Positions 41,841 to 56,063 of a stretch of DNA of 64,000 nucleotides are shown piece by piece. Source of the DNA: an uncultured delta proteobacterium (GTDB lineage Bacteria > Myxococcota > Myxococcia > Myxococcales > Anaeromyxobacteraceae); contig CAVYBH010000015.1 in assembly GCA_963766715.1 (NCBI GenBank), positions 288,001 to 352,000 on the forward strand. Reading direction: 5' to 3'. The notes below the pieces were generated by a model. That model made no database searches. It was given only the letters and a program-made list of their open reading frames with translations, and was not told the origin of the DNA. Made by a program: the position numbers and the translations under genes. Positions within the stretch are counted from its first letter, which is position 1. Every line of letters starts with the position of its first letter.

Positions 41841-43152
41841 GTGAACCGAGCGCCACCAAACAGCGACGTGCTCGTCCTGGGCGCCGGCCTCGCCGGCATC
41901 TCCGCGGCGTTGGCCCTGGGCGGGCGCTATCGCCTCCTCGAGCGGGAGGACCGGCCCGGGGGGCTCTGCCGCACCGACGTCCGGGACGGCTTCGCCTTCG
42001 ACGCCACCGGCCACTGGCTCCACCTGCGCGACCCGGCGAATCCGGGCGCTCGCCGAGGAGCTGCTCCCCGGCGGCTGGGTCTCCGTCGAGCGGCGGGCCG
42101 CCATCTGGTCCCACGGCGTCTTCACCCGCTACCCGTACCAGGTGAACACGCACGGCCTGCCTCCCGAGGTGGTGGCCGAGAACCTCCTCGGCTTCGTCGA
42201 GGCCCAGCTCGGGGAGCGGGGCCGCGCGCTGCGGGAGCGGGAGCCGCGCGACTTCGCCGAGTACGTCCTGCGCCACCTGGGCGAGGGGTTCGCCCGGAAC
42301 TTCATGTTCCCGTACAACCAGAAGCTCTGGACCGTGCCCCCCTCGGAGCTCGGCACGCGAGTGGATGGGGCGGTTCGTGCCCCGGCCGACGCTCGAGCAG
42401 GTGGTGCGCGGCGCCCTCGGCCTGGAGGGGGACGCAGCCGGGTACAACGCGCGCTTCCTCTACCCGCGCGAGGGCGGCATCGAGACCTTCGTGCGGGCCC
42501 TCGCGGCGCGCCTCCCGCGGGCGCCGGAGTGCGGCGTCCGCGCCGTCGCCGTCGACGCCGCCCGCAAGGTGGCGCGCCTCTCCTCCGGCGAGGAGGTCCC
42601 CTTCCGCGCCGTCGTCTCGACCCTCCCGTTGCCCGACCTGGTGGACCTGGTGGGCGGCGCGCCTCCCGCGGTGCGCGAGGCGGCCCGCGCGCTCCGTGCC
42701 GCCACGGTCACCTACGTCAACGTGGCCGCCCGCGACGTCGGTGGGCCACCCTGGCACTGGGTCTACCTGCCCGAGGCGCGCCTGCGCCCCTACCGCGTCG
42801 GCTCGGCGTCGGCCGCGGTCCCCTCGCTCGCCCCCCCGGCTGCCGGAGCTTCTACGTGGAGATGTCGGGCGCCGAGCCGGTGCCGGCCGCCGAGGCGGAG
42901 GCCGCCGCGCGCCTCGCCCTCCTCGAGCTGGGGATGATTCACTCCGAGTCCGACGTGCTCTTCGCGGAGGTCCGCGCCATCCCCCGGGCCTACGTGATCC
43001 ACGACCGCGCCTACGGGCCGGCCCGGGACGAGGTGCGCGGATGGCTCGCCGCCCGCGACGTGCTGGTGGCCGGCAGGAGCGGGAACTGGGAGTACTCGTC
43101 CATGGAGGACGCGATCCTGGGCGGCCGGGAGGCGGCGCTGCGGCTGAAGTGA
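41841..43152 (+). CDS. FAD-dependent oxidoreductase, HemY/UDP-galactopyranose-mutase-like (frameshifted)
   Basis: GAGLAG, PGGLCRT, FDATGHWLH, PYNQKLW, FLYPREGG, GRSGNWEYSSM. Confidence 0.8.
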
Positions 43153-43171
43153 TAAGCAATGGGCGGTTCCC

Positions 43172-43924
43172 ATGCCGCCGGGCGCGCCAGAGATCACCGT
43201 GGTCATTCCCGTCTTCGACGAGGAGGGCATCGTCGCGTCGGCCTGCCGGGAGCTCATGGCGGCCCTCGACGCGCGCGGCTGGGACTACGAGCTGGTCCTC
43301 TCCGAGAACGGGTCGCGCGACCGGACCGCCGAGATCCTCGCCGGCCTGTCCCGCCAGCACCCCCGGCTGCGCTTCATCCGCTCGAGCCAGCCCAACTACG
43401 GGATGGCCCTGAAGCGGGGGATCGCGGAGGCGCGCGGCCGCTGGGTGGTGGCCGACGAGATCGACCTCTGCGACCCCACCTTCTACGACCGGGCCCTGCC
43501 CCTGCTGAAGGCGGGCGAGGCCGACATGGTGGTGGGATCGAAGCGGGCGCGCGGCTCGGTGGACGGGCGGCCGGCCTTCCGGCGACTGGCCACCTGGGTG
43601 CACAACACCCTCCTCCGCGTCCTGCTCGGCTTCCATGGCACCGACACCCACGGCGTGAAGGCCTTCTCGCGCGAGGCCGTCGCCCCGGTGGCCTCCCGCT
43701 GCGTGGTCGACCGGGACGTCTTCGCGAGCGAGCTCGTGCTCCGCGCCGGCCTGGAGGGCAGGCGCGTGGTGGAGATCCCCATCGAGCTGCACGAGAAGCG
43801 CCCGCCTTCGATCGGGTTGCTGCGCCGCGTGCCCAACGTGCTCCGGCAGGTGGGGCGGCTCTTCTGGGTGCTCCGGGTGAGCGACCCGGTCCGGCGGGGG
43901 AAGCGCGTCGAGGCCGGGGAGTGA
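43172..43924 (+). CDS. Glycosyltransferase family 2 (polyprenol-phosphate GT-like)
   Basis: VVIPVFDE, ENGSRDRT, YGMALK.G, VVGSK, DTHGVKAF. Confidence 0.9.
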   Translation: MPPGAPEITVVIPVFDEEGIVASACRELMAALDARGWDYELVLSENGSRDRTAEILAGLSRQHPRLRFIRSSQPNYGMALKRGIAEARGRWVVADEIDLCDPTFYDRALPLLKAGEADMVVGSKRARGSVDGRPAFRRLATWVHNTLLRVLLGFHGTDTHGVKAFSREAVAPVASRCVVDRDVFASELVLRAGLEGRRVVEIPIELHEKRPPSIGLLRRVPNVLRQVGRLFWVLRVSDPVRRGKRVEAGE

Positions 43925-44865
43925 AGGGACTCGCCTCCCTCTCCATCGACCTCGACGCGCTCGCGCACTACCACGCCATCCACGCCCTTCCGCCGCCGCC
44001 CCCCGGCCCCGACCCGGTCCACGGCCTGGCGCTCGAGCGCTTCGGCGAGCTCTGCGATCGGCTGGGCCTCCGCGGGACGGTCTTCGCCGTCGGCGACCGG
44101 CTCTCCGACCCCCGGGCCGCCTCGGGCGTGTCGGCGCTGGCGCGGTCCGGTCACGAGATCGCCAACCACAGCTTCTCCCACGACTACGCGCTCACCCGGC
44201 GGCACGACCTGGCGGTGGCCGACGAGGTGCGGCGGGGCGGCGACGCCGTGGAGCGCGTCACCGGGCAGCGGCCGGTCGGCTTCCGGGCCCCGGGCTACAC
44301 CCTCTCCGCGCCGCTCCTCCGCGCGCTGGCCGACCAGGGCTACCGCTACGACTCGTCCGCCTTCCCGGCGCTTCCCTACTGGCTCGCCAAGGCGGCGGTG
44401 ATGGGCGCGCTCTCGCTCGCCGGACGTCCCTCCGGCGCCATCCTCGACCGGGTGCGCGTGCTGACCGCCCCGCGCCGCCCCTACCGGCCGGATCGGTCCG
44501 AGCCGTACGCGCTCGGCGATCTTCCGCTGCTCGAGCTCCCCGTCACCACCGGCCTGGCGGGCTTCCCGCTCATCGGGACCTTCCTCGCGACGATGCCCGC
44601 TCCCCTGGCCCGGGCGCTCGCCACCGGGACCGGGTCGCTGCCCCTCTTCAACCTGGAGCTGCACGGCATCGACCTGCTCGACGCCTCCGACACCTCGGCC
44701 GCGCTGGCCGCCCGGCAGCGGGACCTCCACGTGCCCGCCGCGGAGAAGATGGCCCGGGTCGCCACCTTCGTCCGCTCCCTCGACCGCGAATGGGTCCCCC
44801 TCGCCGAGGCCGCCTCCCGGCTCGGAGCCCCCGACGCGGGGTCGGCACCGGCCACCGGGGCGTGA
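43921..44865 (+). CDS. Polysaccharide deacetylase family protein
   Basis: SIDLD, GHEIANHSFSH, GFRAPGY, YDSS. Confidence 0.9.
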   Translation: MKGLASLSIDLDALAHYHAIHALPPPPPGPDPVHGLALERFGELCDRLGLRGTVFAVGDRLSDPRAASGVSALARSGHEIANHSFSHDYALTRRHDLAVADEVRRGGDAVERVTGQRPVGFRAPGYTLSAPLLRALADQGYRYDSSAFPALPYWLAKAAVMGALSLAGRPSGAILDRVRVLTAPRRPYRPDRSEPYALGDLPLLELPVTTGLAGFPLIGTFLATMPAPLARALATGTGSLPLFNLELHGIDLLDASDTSAALAARQRDLHVPAAEKMARVATFVRSLDREWVPLAEAASRLGAPDAGSAPATGA

Positions 44866-44877
44866 TAGATCGAGCCG

Positions 44878-45732
44878 ATGGCGGGCATCGGAGACGAGAT
44901 CCAGGACCGGCTCCGCCGGTGGACGCTGGAGCTGGGCGGCCCCGGCACCCGGGAGCGGCTCGAGAAGCTCACCCCGCCCCGCAACGAGTTCGGCGTCGAC
45001 CCCTACGGCTTCGACGTGGACTACCTCCAGGCCGCCGCCGCGCCGGTGCTCTGGCTCTACCGGAAGTACTTCCGGGTGAAGGCCTTCGGGCTCGAGCACG
45101 TGCCCAGCGAGGGGCCGGCGCTGCTCATCGCCAACCACTCCGGGCAGCTCCCCTTCGACGCGGCCATGGTCGAGGCGGCCTGCCTCGTCGACAAGGATCC
45201 GCCGCGCGCCGTCCGGGCCCTCGTCGACAAGTGGGTGCCCACCCTCCCCTTCGTCTCCACCCTCTTCGCCCGCTGCGGCCAGATCGTGGGAACGCCGGAG
45301 AACTGCCGGCGGCTCCTCTCGGCCGGCGAGGTGCTGGCCGTCTTCCCGGAGGGGACGCGCGGCCTCAACAAGCCGTTCGCGCGGCGCTACCAGCTCCAGC
45401 GCTTCGGGCTCGGCTTCATGCGGCTGGCCCTCGAGAACGGCGTGCCCATCGTCCCGGTCGGCGTGGTCGGCGCCGAGGAGCAGGCCCCGGCCATCCTCGA
45501 CCTGAAGCCGGTGGCGAAGCTCTTCTCCTTCCCCCACTTCCCCATCACCCTCACCGGGCTGCCGCTGCCCATGCCGGTGCGCTACCGCATCTGGTTCGGC
45601 GAGCCGATGCACTTCACCGGCAACCCGGACGACGAGGACGCCGTCCTGGAGGCCAAGGTGGCGCAGGTCCGGGACGCGGTGGCGGGCCTGCTCGCCCGCG
45701 GCCTGCGCGAGCGGGAGCACGTGTTCTGGTGA
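44878..45732 (+). CDS. Lysophospholipid/glycerol acyltransferase family protein
   Basis: NHSGQLPFD, FPEG, PIVPV. Confidence 0.9.
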   Translation: MAGIGDEIQDRLRRWTLELGGPGTRERLEKLTPPRNEFGVDPYGFDVDYLQAAAAPVLWLYRKYFRVKAFGLEHVPSEGPALLIANHSGQLPFDAAMVEAACLVDKDPPRAVRALVDKWVPTLPFVSTLFARCGQIVGTPENCRRLLSAGEVLAVFPEGTRGLNKPFARRYQLQRFGLGFMRLALENGVPIVPVGVVGAEEQAPAILDLKPVAKLFSFPHFPITLTGLPLPMPVRYRIWFGEPMHFTGNPDDEDAVLEAKVAQVRDAVAGLLARGLREREHVFW

Positions 45733-46691
45733 GGAACTTCCCCGCCAGCGTCGCCATCACGGGCATCGCCGGAAACCTGGGGCGCAAGCTCGCCCGGGTG
45801 CTCCACGGGGAGACCCGCGTGGTGGGCTTCGACCGGCGCCCGCTCCGCGACCGCCCCAAGGACGTGGAGCACCACCAGCTCGACATCCGCAAGGCGCAGG
45901 TGGAGGACGTCTTCCGGCGCGGCGGGATCGAGGCCATCGCGCACCTGGGGCTGAAGCACGACCCGCGCGACGACGCCGCCGACGCCCACAGCTTCAACGT
46001 GGCCGGAACCCAGCGGCTGCTCGACATCGCCGCCCGCCACGGGGTGAAGAAGGTGGTGCTCCTCTCCAGCGCCAACGTCTACGGGCCGGCCCCGGGAAAT
46101 CCCAACTTCCTCCCGGAGGAGACGCCGCTGCTCGGAGCGGCCCGCCTGCCCGGCTACCGCGACCTCATCGAGGTCGACATGTACGCGCAGTCGTTCATGT
46201 GGCAGCACCCGGAGATCGAGACGGTCATCCTCCGGCCGGTGAACATCGTGGGCCCCACGGTCCAGAACGCGCCGTCGAACTACCTGCGGCTGGAACGGCC
46301 GATGACCGTGCTGGGGTTCGACCCGATGATCCAGGTGATCCACGAGGAGGACGTGTGCCGGGCCATCGCGCTCGCCCTGCGGCCCGGGATCCGCGGCGTC
46401 TACAACGTGACCGGCGCGGGCGAGGTCCCGCTCTCGGCGGCCCTGCGGGAGCTGGGGCGCGAGCCGTTGCCCTTTCCCCATTTCCTCGTCCGGACGGTCG
46501 TGAAGAGCCTCTTCGACGCCCGCCTCTCCTCCTTCCCGCCCGGCGAGGTCGACTACATCCAGTACCTGTGCGCGGTGGACGGCTCCCGCTTCGTCCGGGA
46601 CGCGGGGTGGAGCCCGCACTTCTCGATCCGCGAGACCCTGCGCAGCGTGCTCTCGCCCCGGCGCCCGGACGGCCCCGTCGGGGGTCCCTGA
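45729..46691 (+). CDS. NAD-dependent epimerase/dehydratase family protein
   Basis: ITGIAGNLG, NVAGT, SSANVYG, LRPVNIVG, YNV. Confidence 0.88.
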   Translation: MRNFPASVAITGIAGNLGRKLARVLHGETRVVGFDRRPLRDRPKDVEHHQLDIRKAQVEDVFRRGGIEAIAHLGLKHDPRDDAADAHSFNVAGTQRLLDIAARHGVKKVVLLSSANVYGPAPGNPNFLPEETPLLGAARLPGYRDLIEVDMYAQSFMWQHPEIETVILRPVNIVGPTVQNAPSNYLRLERPMTVLGFDPMIQVIHEEDVCRAIALALRPGIRGVYNVTGAGEVPLSAALRELGREPLPFPHFLVRTVVKSLFDARLSSFPPGEVDYIQYLCAVDGSRFVRDAGWSPHFSIRETLRSVLSPRRPDGPVGGP

Positions 46692-46752
46692 ACGCTTCGC
46701 TTAGTCGACGGGGAGGTCTATGCTCCCGATCGGGAGCGGTACCGGAGGTCCC

Positions 46753-47712
46753 ATGTCGACCCGTGCGCTCGTCCTCGCCATCGCCGGAGTGATCGCGGCC
46801 GGCTGCGCCACCCCGCCACCGGGTCGCCCGGTGACCATGCGCCCTCCTGCCAATCTGGCCGAGCCGGTTCCGGAGTTCGAGCGGCTCGGGGAGATCCAGT
46901 TCACGCCGGCGGGCACGGTCGGGGCCAGCGCCGCCTGGGATCGGCGGAGCGTTCGCGGACCCGCGGTGAACCTGACGCTCACCGACGAGGGGCTCTGGGG
47001 CGGCACCCTGCGAGACCGGGCCGTGCTCGTGCTGGCGCGCGGCGGGCGCATCACCGGCGAGGGCGTGGACCTCTTCGTCACGCAGGACGGGCCGGTGCTC
47101 CACGTCCAGGGGATGTGGTTCGGCAGCCTGGTCCGGGTGGACCTCGGGTCCGCGACCCTCTCCGCCTCCCCGGCCGCCGGAATCTGCGGCATCGAGCTGG
47201 GGCTCGCGCCGGACGGCCTGTGGCGAGGCTTCGGCGGGTGCGGCGGCGCGCTCGAGTCGATCTGGATGAACCTGAAGGGGCTGGCGGCCGATCCATCGGC
47301 GGAGATGCCCCAGTGGATCTTCGCCTTCCTGGCCATCCTGCCTTCCGCCCAGGTCTCGACCCTCGCGGTCCGCGGGACTCCGGTGATCGACGGAGCCGGC
47401 CTCGCCTGGTTCCTTCCGGCGGAGTTCCGGGGCGGCCGCCTGGCCCGGACCCATCTGGCCCTGCTCGAGGTACGACACCCGCCAGTGCGGCCCGCTGGGC
47501 TACGACATGGGCACGTCGAAGGACCTCTGGTTCCGGGGCGGCGCGGCGCCGGTCTCGGGGCAAGTCGAGTCGCGCGATGCGGGTGGCCGCCCCCGGGGCG
47601 AGGCAGGCCGGCTCCGGCGGGTCGCCGGTCCGGGTCACGGCGCCGACCGGGCGAAGCCGCAGCGGGAGCGGTACGGGCGAGCCGCACGTCGCCCGGGCGC
47701 AGCGCGCGCTGA
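46753..47712 (+). CDS. Putative lipoprotein (paralog of next gene; 3' end uncertain)
   Basis: IAAGC lipobox; shared blocks GLWGG, GVDL.VT, WRG..GC, PQW.FAFL..LP. Confidence 0.65.
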   Translation: MSTRALVLAIAGVIAAGCATPPPGRPVTMRPPANLAEPVPEFERLGEIQFTPAGTVGASAAWDRRSVRGPAVNLTLTDEGLWGGTLRDRAVLVLARGGRITGEGVDLFVTQDGPVLHVQGMWFGSLVRVDLGSATLSASPAAGICGIELGLAPDGLWRGFGGCGGALESIWMNLKGLAADPSAEMPQWIFAFLAILPSAQVSTLAVRGTPVIDGAGLAWFLPAEFRGGRLARTHLALLEVRHPPVRPAGLRHGHVEGPLVPGRRGAGLGASRVARCGWPPPGRGRPAPAGRRSGSRRRPGEAAAGAVRASRTSPGRSAR

Positions 47713-47754
47713 CCGGCGCGTGAAACCGGGCAGCGGCCGGGGTAAACCTGTCGG

Positions 47755-48357
47755 ATGCACCGGTCCCTCGCCTTCGCCGCCTGCGCCGCCCTCGCCCTCA
47801 CCGCCTGCGCCACCGCTCCGCGGGGAACGCCCGTCGCCATGGGCGCCACCCCGCCCACCGCGCTGGAGCTCGCCTCGACGTACCGCCCCGAGGGAGAGGT
47901 CTACGGCCAGTACGGCCGGGCCGCCGGCATCACCAACTCCTACGGGCGCTTCCGGGTGGTCGGCCCCACCACGAGCCTGTCCTGCACGTCGCAGGGACTC
48001 TGGGGAGGCCGCATCGGCGGCGACGACGTCCTGCTGGAGGCGAAGGACGGGCGGATCAGCGGGGCGGGCGTCGACCTCCGCGTGACGCGGGAGGGCGGGA
48101 GCCTGCTCGTGTCCGGGCTCTGGCGCCGCGCGCGCCTCGACCTCACCTTCACGGACGTGCGCATCCAGGGAACCATCGGGGGAGGTTGCTCGATCGACCT
48201 GCACCCCGGCCCCGGGACCTCCTGGCGGGGGCTCTTCGGCTGCCCGAACCCGGAGCAGGCCATGATCGCCCTCGAGGGCGCGGCCATGGAGGTGCCCGAC
48301 GTGCCGCTCCCGCAGTGGCTCTTCGCCTTCCTGGGCACGCTGCCGGAGGGGCCGTGA
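47755..48357 (+). CDS. Putative lipoprotein
   Basis: LTAC lipobox; similar to previous gene. Confidence 0.7.
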   Translation: MHRSLAFAACAALALTACATAPRGTPVAMGATPPTALELASTYRPEGEVYGQYGRAAGITNSYGRFRVVGPTTSLSCTSQGLWGGRIGGDDVLLEAKDGRISGAGVDLRVTREGGSLLVSGLWRRARLDLTFTDVRIQGTIGGGCSIDLHPGPGTSWRGLFGCPNPEQAMIALEGAAMEVPDVPLPQWLFAFLGTLPEGP

Positions 48358-49247
48358 AGGACCTCCTGCTCCGCGGGATCACCCGGCCCACCGAGCTCCG
48401 GGTGATCCTGGTCGAGGACACCGACCTGGCTCGCATGGCGCGCATGCTCCACGACCTCGCGCCCACGAGCGCGTCGATCTTCGCCGAGGCCCTCACGGCC
48501 GGCCTGCTGCTCGGAGCCCTCCAGAAGGACAAGAGCCGGGTGAACCTGTCGCTCGAGGTGGACGGGCCGCTCTCCGGGCTGCTCGTCGACGCCGACACCG
48601 AGGGAAACATCCGCGGGCGCGTCCGGCAGCCGGCCGTGCACTTCCCCGGCGACCCCTCGGTGGGCCCGCGCGCGGCGCTGGGCGGGTCGGGAACGCTGTC
48701 GGTGCTCCGGGACCTGGGAAGCGGAGAGTTCTACCGGGGCTCGGTGGAGGTGGTCCCGGGAACGCTCACCGAGAACCTGCGCCGCTACTTCGCGGCGAGC
48801 GAGCAGGTGGCCACCGCGCTCGACGTCCAGGTCCTCCCGGTGGGGAAGGAATGGCTCGGGGCGGTCGCGGGCATCGTGGTCCAGAAGATGCCGGAGGGCA
48901 GCCTGGCGTCCCTCGAGGAGGCCCGGGCCCGGATCGCCGCCGGCGCCTTCCGCGACGCGCTCGCCGGAGGGGCCAGCGACGAGGCGCTGGCCCGCTCGGT
49001 GGTGGGCGACGGGCTCGAGGTCCTGGCGCGCCAGCCGGTCTCCTACGTGTGCAACTGCTCCCGGGAGCGGGCCGTGAACGCGGTCTCGGCGCTCGGACCC
49101 GACGGGATCCGCTCGGTGATCGAGAACGAGAAGCAGGTGGTCATCGACTGCGAGTTCTGCAAGCGGCGCTACGTCATCGACGAGCCCGAGCTCTCCGCGA
49201 TCGCCCGCGGGCTCGAGGCCGGCGCCCCCGGGGGCGCCAAGGCCTGA
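48354..49247 (+). CDS. hslO: Hsp33 redox-regulated chaperone
   Basis: DGPL, YFAASEQ, CNC..CEFC zinc switch. Confidence 0.92.
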   Translation: MKDLLLRGITRPTELRVILVEDTDLARMARMLHDLAPTSASIFAEALTAGLLLGALQKDKSRVNLSLEVDGPLSGLLVDADTEGNIRGRVRQPAVHFPGDPSVGPRAALGGSGTLSVLRDLGSGEFYRGSVEVVPGTLTENLRRYFAASEQVATALDVQVLPVGKEWLGAVAGIVVQKMPEGSLASLEEARARIAAGAFRDALAGGASDEALARSVVGDGLEVLARQPVSYVCNCSRERAVNAVSALGPDGIRSVIENEKQVVIDCEFCKRRYVIDEPELSAIARGLEAGAPGGAKA

Positions 49248-49277
49248 TCGCCCCCCTGCGGCGGGCCCGGCGCCCGC

Positions 49278-50039
49278 GTGATAGATTCCCCCGGCCCACC
49301 CGCCCTTTTCCCGGAGGCTCCCATCGCTCCCTCGAAGAAGCCGAAGAAGTCCGCGAAGTCCAGGACGGCTGGCCGTCCCGCGAAGGCCGTGAAGGCCGTG
49401 AAGGTCGCGAAGCCCGGCAAGGCTCCGGCTCCGCGCGCCGCCGCGAAGAAGGCGCCGGCGCGGTCCCGCAAGCGGGTCCGGGCCGAGCAGCCGCTCGGCG
49501 TCGGCGTCGGCGATGCCTGGGCCGTGGAGCGGCTCGGGGGGCTGCCGCCCGCCGCTCCCAGCTCGGCCGGCGGGGTCCGGGAGCTGACCTGGGTGGAGTT
49601 CGGCGCCGTGGTCCGCGACCTGGCCAGCCGCGTGTCGGCCCGCTTCCAGCCCGACGTGATCCTGGGCGTGGCCCGCGGCGGCATCTTCGTGGGCGGCGCG
49701 CTGGCCGCGCCCATGCGCGCCGACTTCCTGCCGGTCCGGGTGGAGAAGCGCTCGCGCGACCGGCGCGCGGTCCCCACCTTCCGCGTCCCCGAGGCCCGCG
49801 GCAAGCGGGTGCTGGTGGTGGACGACGTGACCTCCTCCGGGGCCACCCTCGGAAAGGCCAAGGCGCTGGCGCGCCGCTCCGGCGCGAAGGAGATCCAGGC
49901 CGCCGCGCTGGTCGTGCGCCCCGGCGGCTCCCGCCCGGAGTGGTTCGCCCTCGAGACCGCACAGCTCATCGTCTTCCCCTGGGACTACCAGCTGGACGCG
50001 AGCGGGCCGCTCGGGGACCCCGGCTCCGTCGGTGTTTGA
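49278..50039 (+). CDS. Phosphoribosyltransferase (Gpt-like) with Lys/Ala-rich N-terminal extension; start uncertain
   Basis: GVARGG, VLVVDDVTSSGATL, IVFPW. Confidence 0.85.
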   Translation: MIDSPGPPALFPEAPIAPSKKPKKSAKSRTAGRPAKAVKAVKVAKPGKAPAPRAAAKKAPARSRKRVRAEQPLGVGVGDAWAVERLGGLPPAAPSSAGGVRELTWVEFGAVVRDLASRVSARFQPDVILGVARGGIFVGGALAAPMRADFLPVRVEKRSRDRRAVPTFRVPEARGKRVLVVDDVTSSGATLGKAKALARRSGAKEIQAAALVVRPGGSRPEWFALETAQLIVFPWDYQLDASGPLGDPGSVGV

Positions 50040-50045
50040 CTCCAA

Positions 50046-51998
<1,953 letters not shown>

Positions 51999-52002
<4 letters not shown>

Positions 52003-54542
52003 ACCCGTCCGACCTGCTCGATTCCCTCCCGGTGGCCGCGCTGCTCGTCCGCGGCGACGTCGTCGCCTACGCGAACCGCGCCGCCTGCGTCCTGATGGGG
52101 CTGCCGTCGGAGGCGATGGTCGGCAAGCGCTACGACACCTTCCTCTCGCCCGGCGAGGGGGACCGGGTCCGCGGACGCCGCGACCGCCGCCTGCGCGGGG
52201 TGGAGGAGCCCACGCTCTACGAGGTGAACGCGGTCACCGCCGCCGGCCGCGTCCTCCCGCTCGAGCTGCACGTCTCCCCGCTGGGCCCCGAGGAGCTCCT
52301 GCTCCAGTTCGTCGACATGTCGGCGCGCGCCGGGCACCTGGAGCGGCTGGAGGGGCTGGCCCGCCTGGGGGCCCGGGTGCAGCGCGAGCAGACGCGGGAA
52401 GGGGTGCTCGACGCCGTCGCCGGCGGCCTGCTCGAGCTGGGGCTCGCCTCCGTCCGGCTCCGCCAGGACGGGGAGTCGATGCTGGTCGAGCGCTTCGCCG
52501 CCTCCGAGCGGGTGATCGCCACGCTGGGCGCCGCCGGCCTCGAGGGCGAGCCCATCGGACGGAGCGTCCGTCCCCTTCCCTGGGCCTGGCGGGAGGGCGT
52601 CATGTTCATCGACGACGCGCCCACCGCGGCGGAGCGCATCGTGGGGTTGCCGGCCGGGATGCGGGCGGCGGTCCGCGAGGCGCGGCTCGAGCGGGCGATC
52701 GCGCTCCGGGTGGGCGATCCCGCCGAGACGGTGATCGCCGCGGTCGGCGACTGGATCGCGCCGGCCGACGTCCCCGCCTTCCGGCTCTTCGGGGCGCAGG
52801 TGACCGCGGCCTTGGCCTCGGCCGAGGCCGTGGCGGCGAGCTGGGGACGGAACCAGCTGGTGGAGGTGTCGGCGACGGCTCCCGGCCTCGCCGACTTCTT
52901 CGCCCGCGGCAGCGAGGTGGTCCAGGAGGCGCTGGCCTGCGACGGCGTGGCCATCTGGCTGCTCGACGCCGAGCACGACGAGCTCCTCCTCGGCCACTTT
53001 CGCGGGGAGTCCCCGGACATCCTGGCCCCGTTCTCCCGGATCCCGGTCTCGCGATCCCGCTACTTCGGACCGCTCCTGCGGGGCGCCCGACCCGAGCTGC
53101 TCTACCTGGACGACCTGGAGGAGCCGGAGCGCCGGGTCTTCGGCAGCGCCGGGTTCCAGAGCTTCGCCACGGTGCCCCTGCGCATCCGCTCCCGGGTGGT
53201 GGGGGTGATGACGGTCGGGTTCCACCAGCGCCGGGCCCCGCACGAGGGCGTCATCGGCACGATGCGCGGGCTGGCCGGACCCTTCGCCGCGGCGGTGGAG
53301 ACCCAGCGGCTCGTCGACGACCTGCGCCGGCGCGTCTCCGAGCTGGAGCTCATGAACGTCACCGCGGTGGCGTCGGCGACCATGAACATCCGGTCGATGC
53401 TCGGGGAGGCGCTGGCCCGCATGCTCCAGACCTTCGGGGCCGACGTCGGCGGCGCCTACCTCCTCGAGGGGGACGTGCTGGTGAACCGGGCGCTCGCCGG
53501 GGTGGTGGAGGCCGGCACCCGCGAGATGCTGGCTCGCCTTCCGGCCGGGCGCGGCGCTCCCGGCGAGGCCATGCGGACGCTGCGGCCGGTGAGCGTCGCC
53601 GCCATGTCCGACGGCTCCGACTTCACCCGCGGCCTGCGCGGCTCCGAGGGGGTCGAGACGGCGGCCGTCATCCCGCTCGTCGTCAAGAACCGGGCGCTCG
53701 GCCTCTTCGCGCTGGGGAGGCGGCGCCCGGTCCCCTTCCGCGACGTGGAGCTGCAGCTCCTCTCGGCCGTCGCCTCCCAGCTGGGCGTGGCCGTGGAGAA
53801 CTCCCGGCTCTTCGAGGACCTGACCCAGAGCTACGCCGACCTGGGACGGGCCCAGCAGCAGCTCGTCCACCGCGAGCGGCTGGTCGCCCTGGGCGAGCTC
53901 TCGGCCGTGGTGGCGCACGAGGTCCGCAACCCGCTCGCCGTCATCTTCAACTCGCTCGGCTCGCTCCAGCAGATCCTGCGCCCGGAGGGCGACGCCAAGA
54001 TGCTGCTCGGGGTCATCCAGGAGGAGGCCGACCGGCTGAACCGCATCGTCGGCGACCTGCTCGGCTTCGCCCGGCCCTCCGAGCCCGCCATGCGCGCCGA
54101 GCCGATCGACCGGGTGCTGGAGGAGGCGGTGGGCGCGGCGCTCGCCGGCGGGCCGGCGGGGATCGAAGTTCACCGCGAGTACGATACGAGGCTGCCCCCG
54201 GTCAGCATCGACCCGCACCAGGTCCGCCAGGCCCTGCTCAACCTGGCGTCGAACGCGGTGCAGGCGATGCCGCGGGGCGGGGTGCTCACCCTGCGCACCC
54301 GCGCCGAGGACCGGTTCGCGGTGGTGGAGGTGGCCGACTCCGGCCCCGGGGTCCCCGCCGAGCTCCGCGCCCGGATCTTCGAGCCCTTCTTCACCACCAA
54401 GGCCACGGGCACCGGCCTCGGCCTGGCCGTCGTGCGGCGCATCGCCGAGGGGCACGGCGGCTCGGTGGCGCTGGCGCCGCCGGGGGACGGGGGCGCGACC
54501 TTCGTGCTTGCGGCTCCCGCTCGCCCCCGCTTCCCGCGATAG
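51999..54542 (+). CDS. PAS/GAF sensor histidine kinase
   Basis: PAS-like N-terminus, GAF repeats, AHEVRNPL, NAVQAM, DSGPG, FEPFFTTK, GTGLGL. Confidence 0.92.
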
Positions 54543-54572
54543 GATGGGCGAGCCCCACGGGTCCTCCCCGCC

Positions 54573-55985
<1,413 letters not shown>

Positions 55986-56063
55986 TCAGAACTACGCCCG
56001 ACGACCACGAACACGGTCCGTCTACCGCGAACACGCTCCGTCGATCGGAACCGCCCCCCGCGA

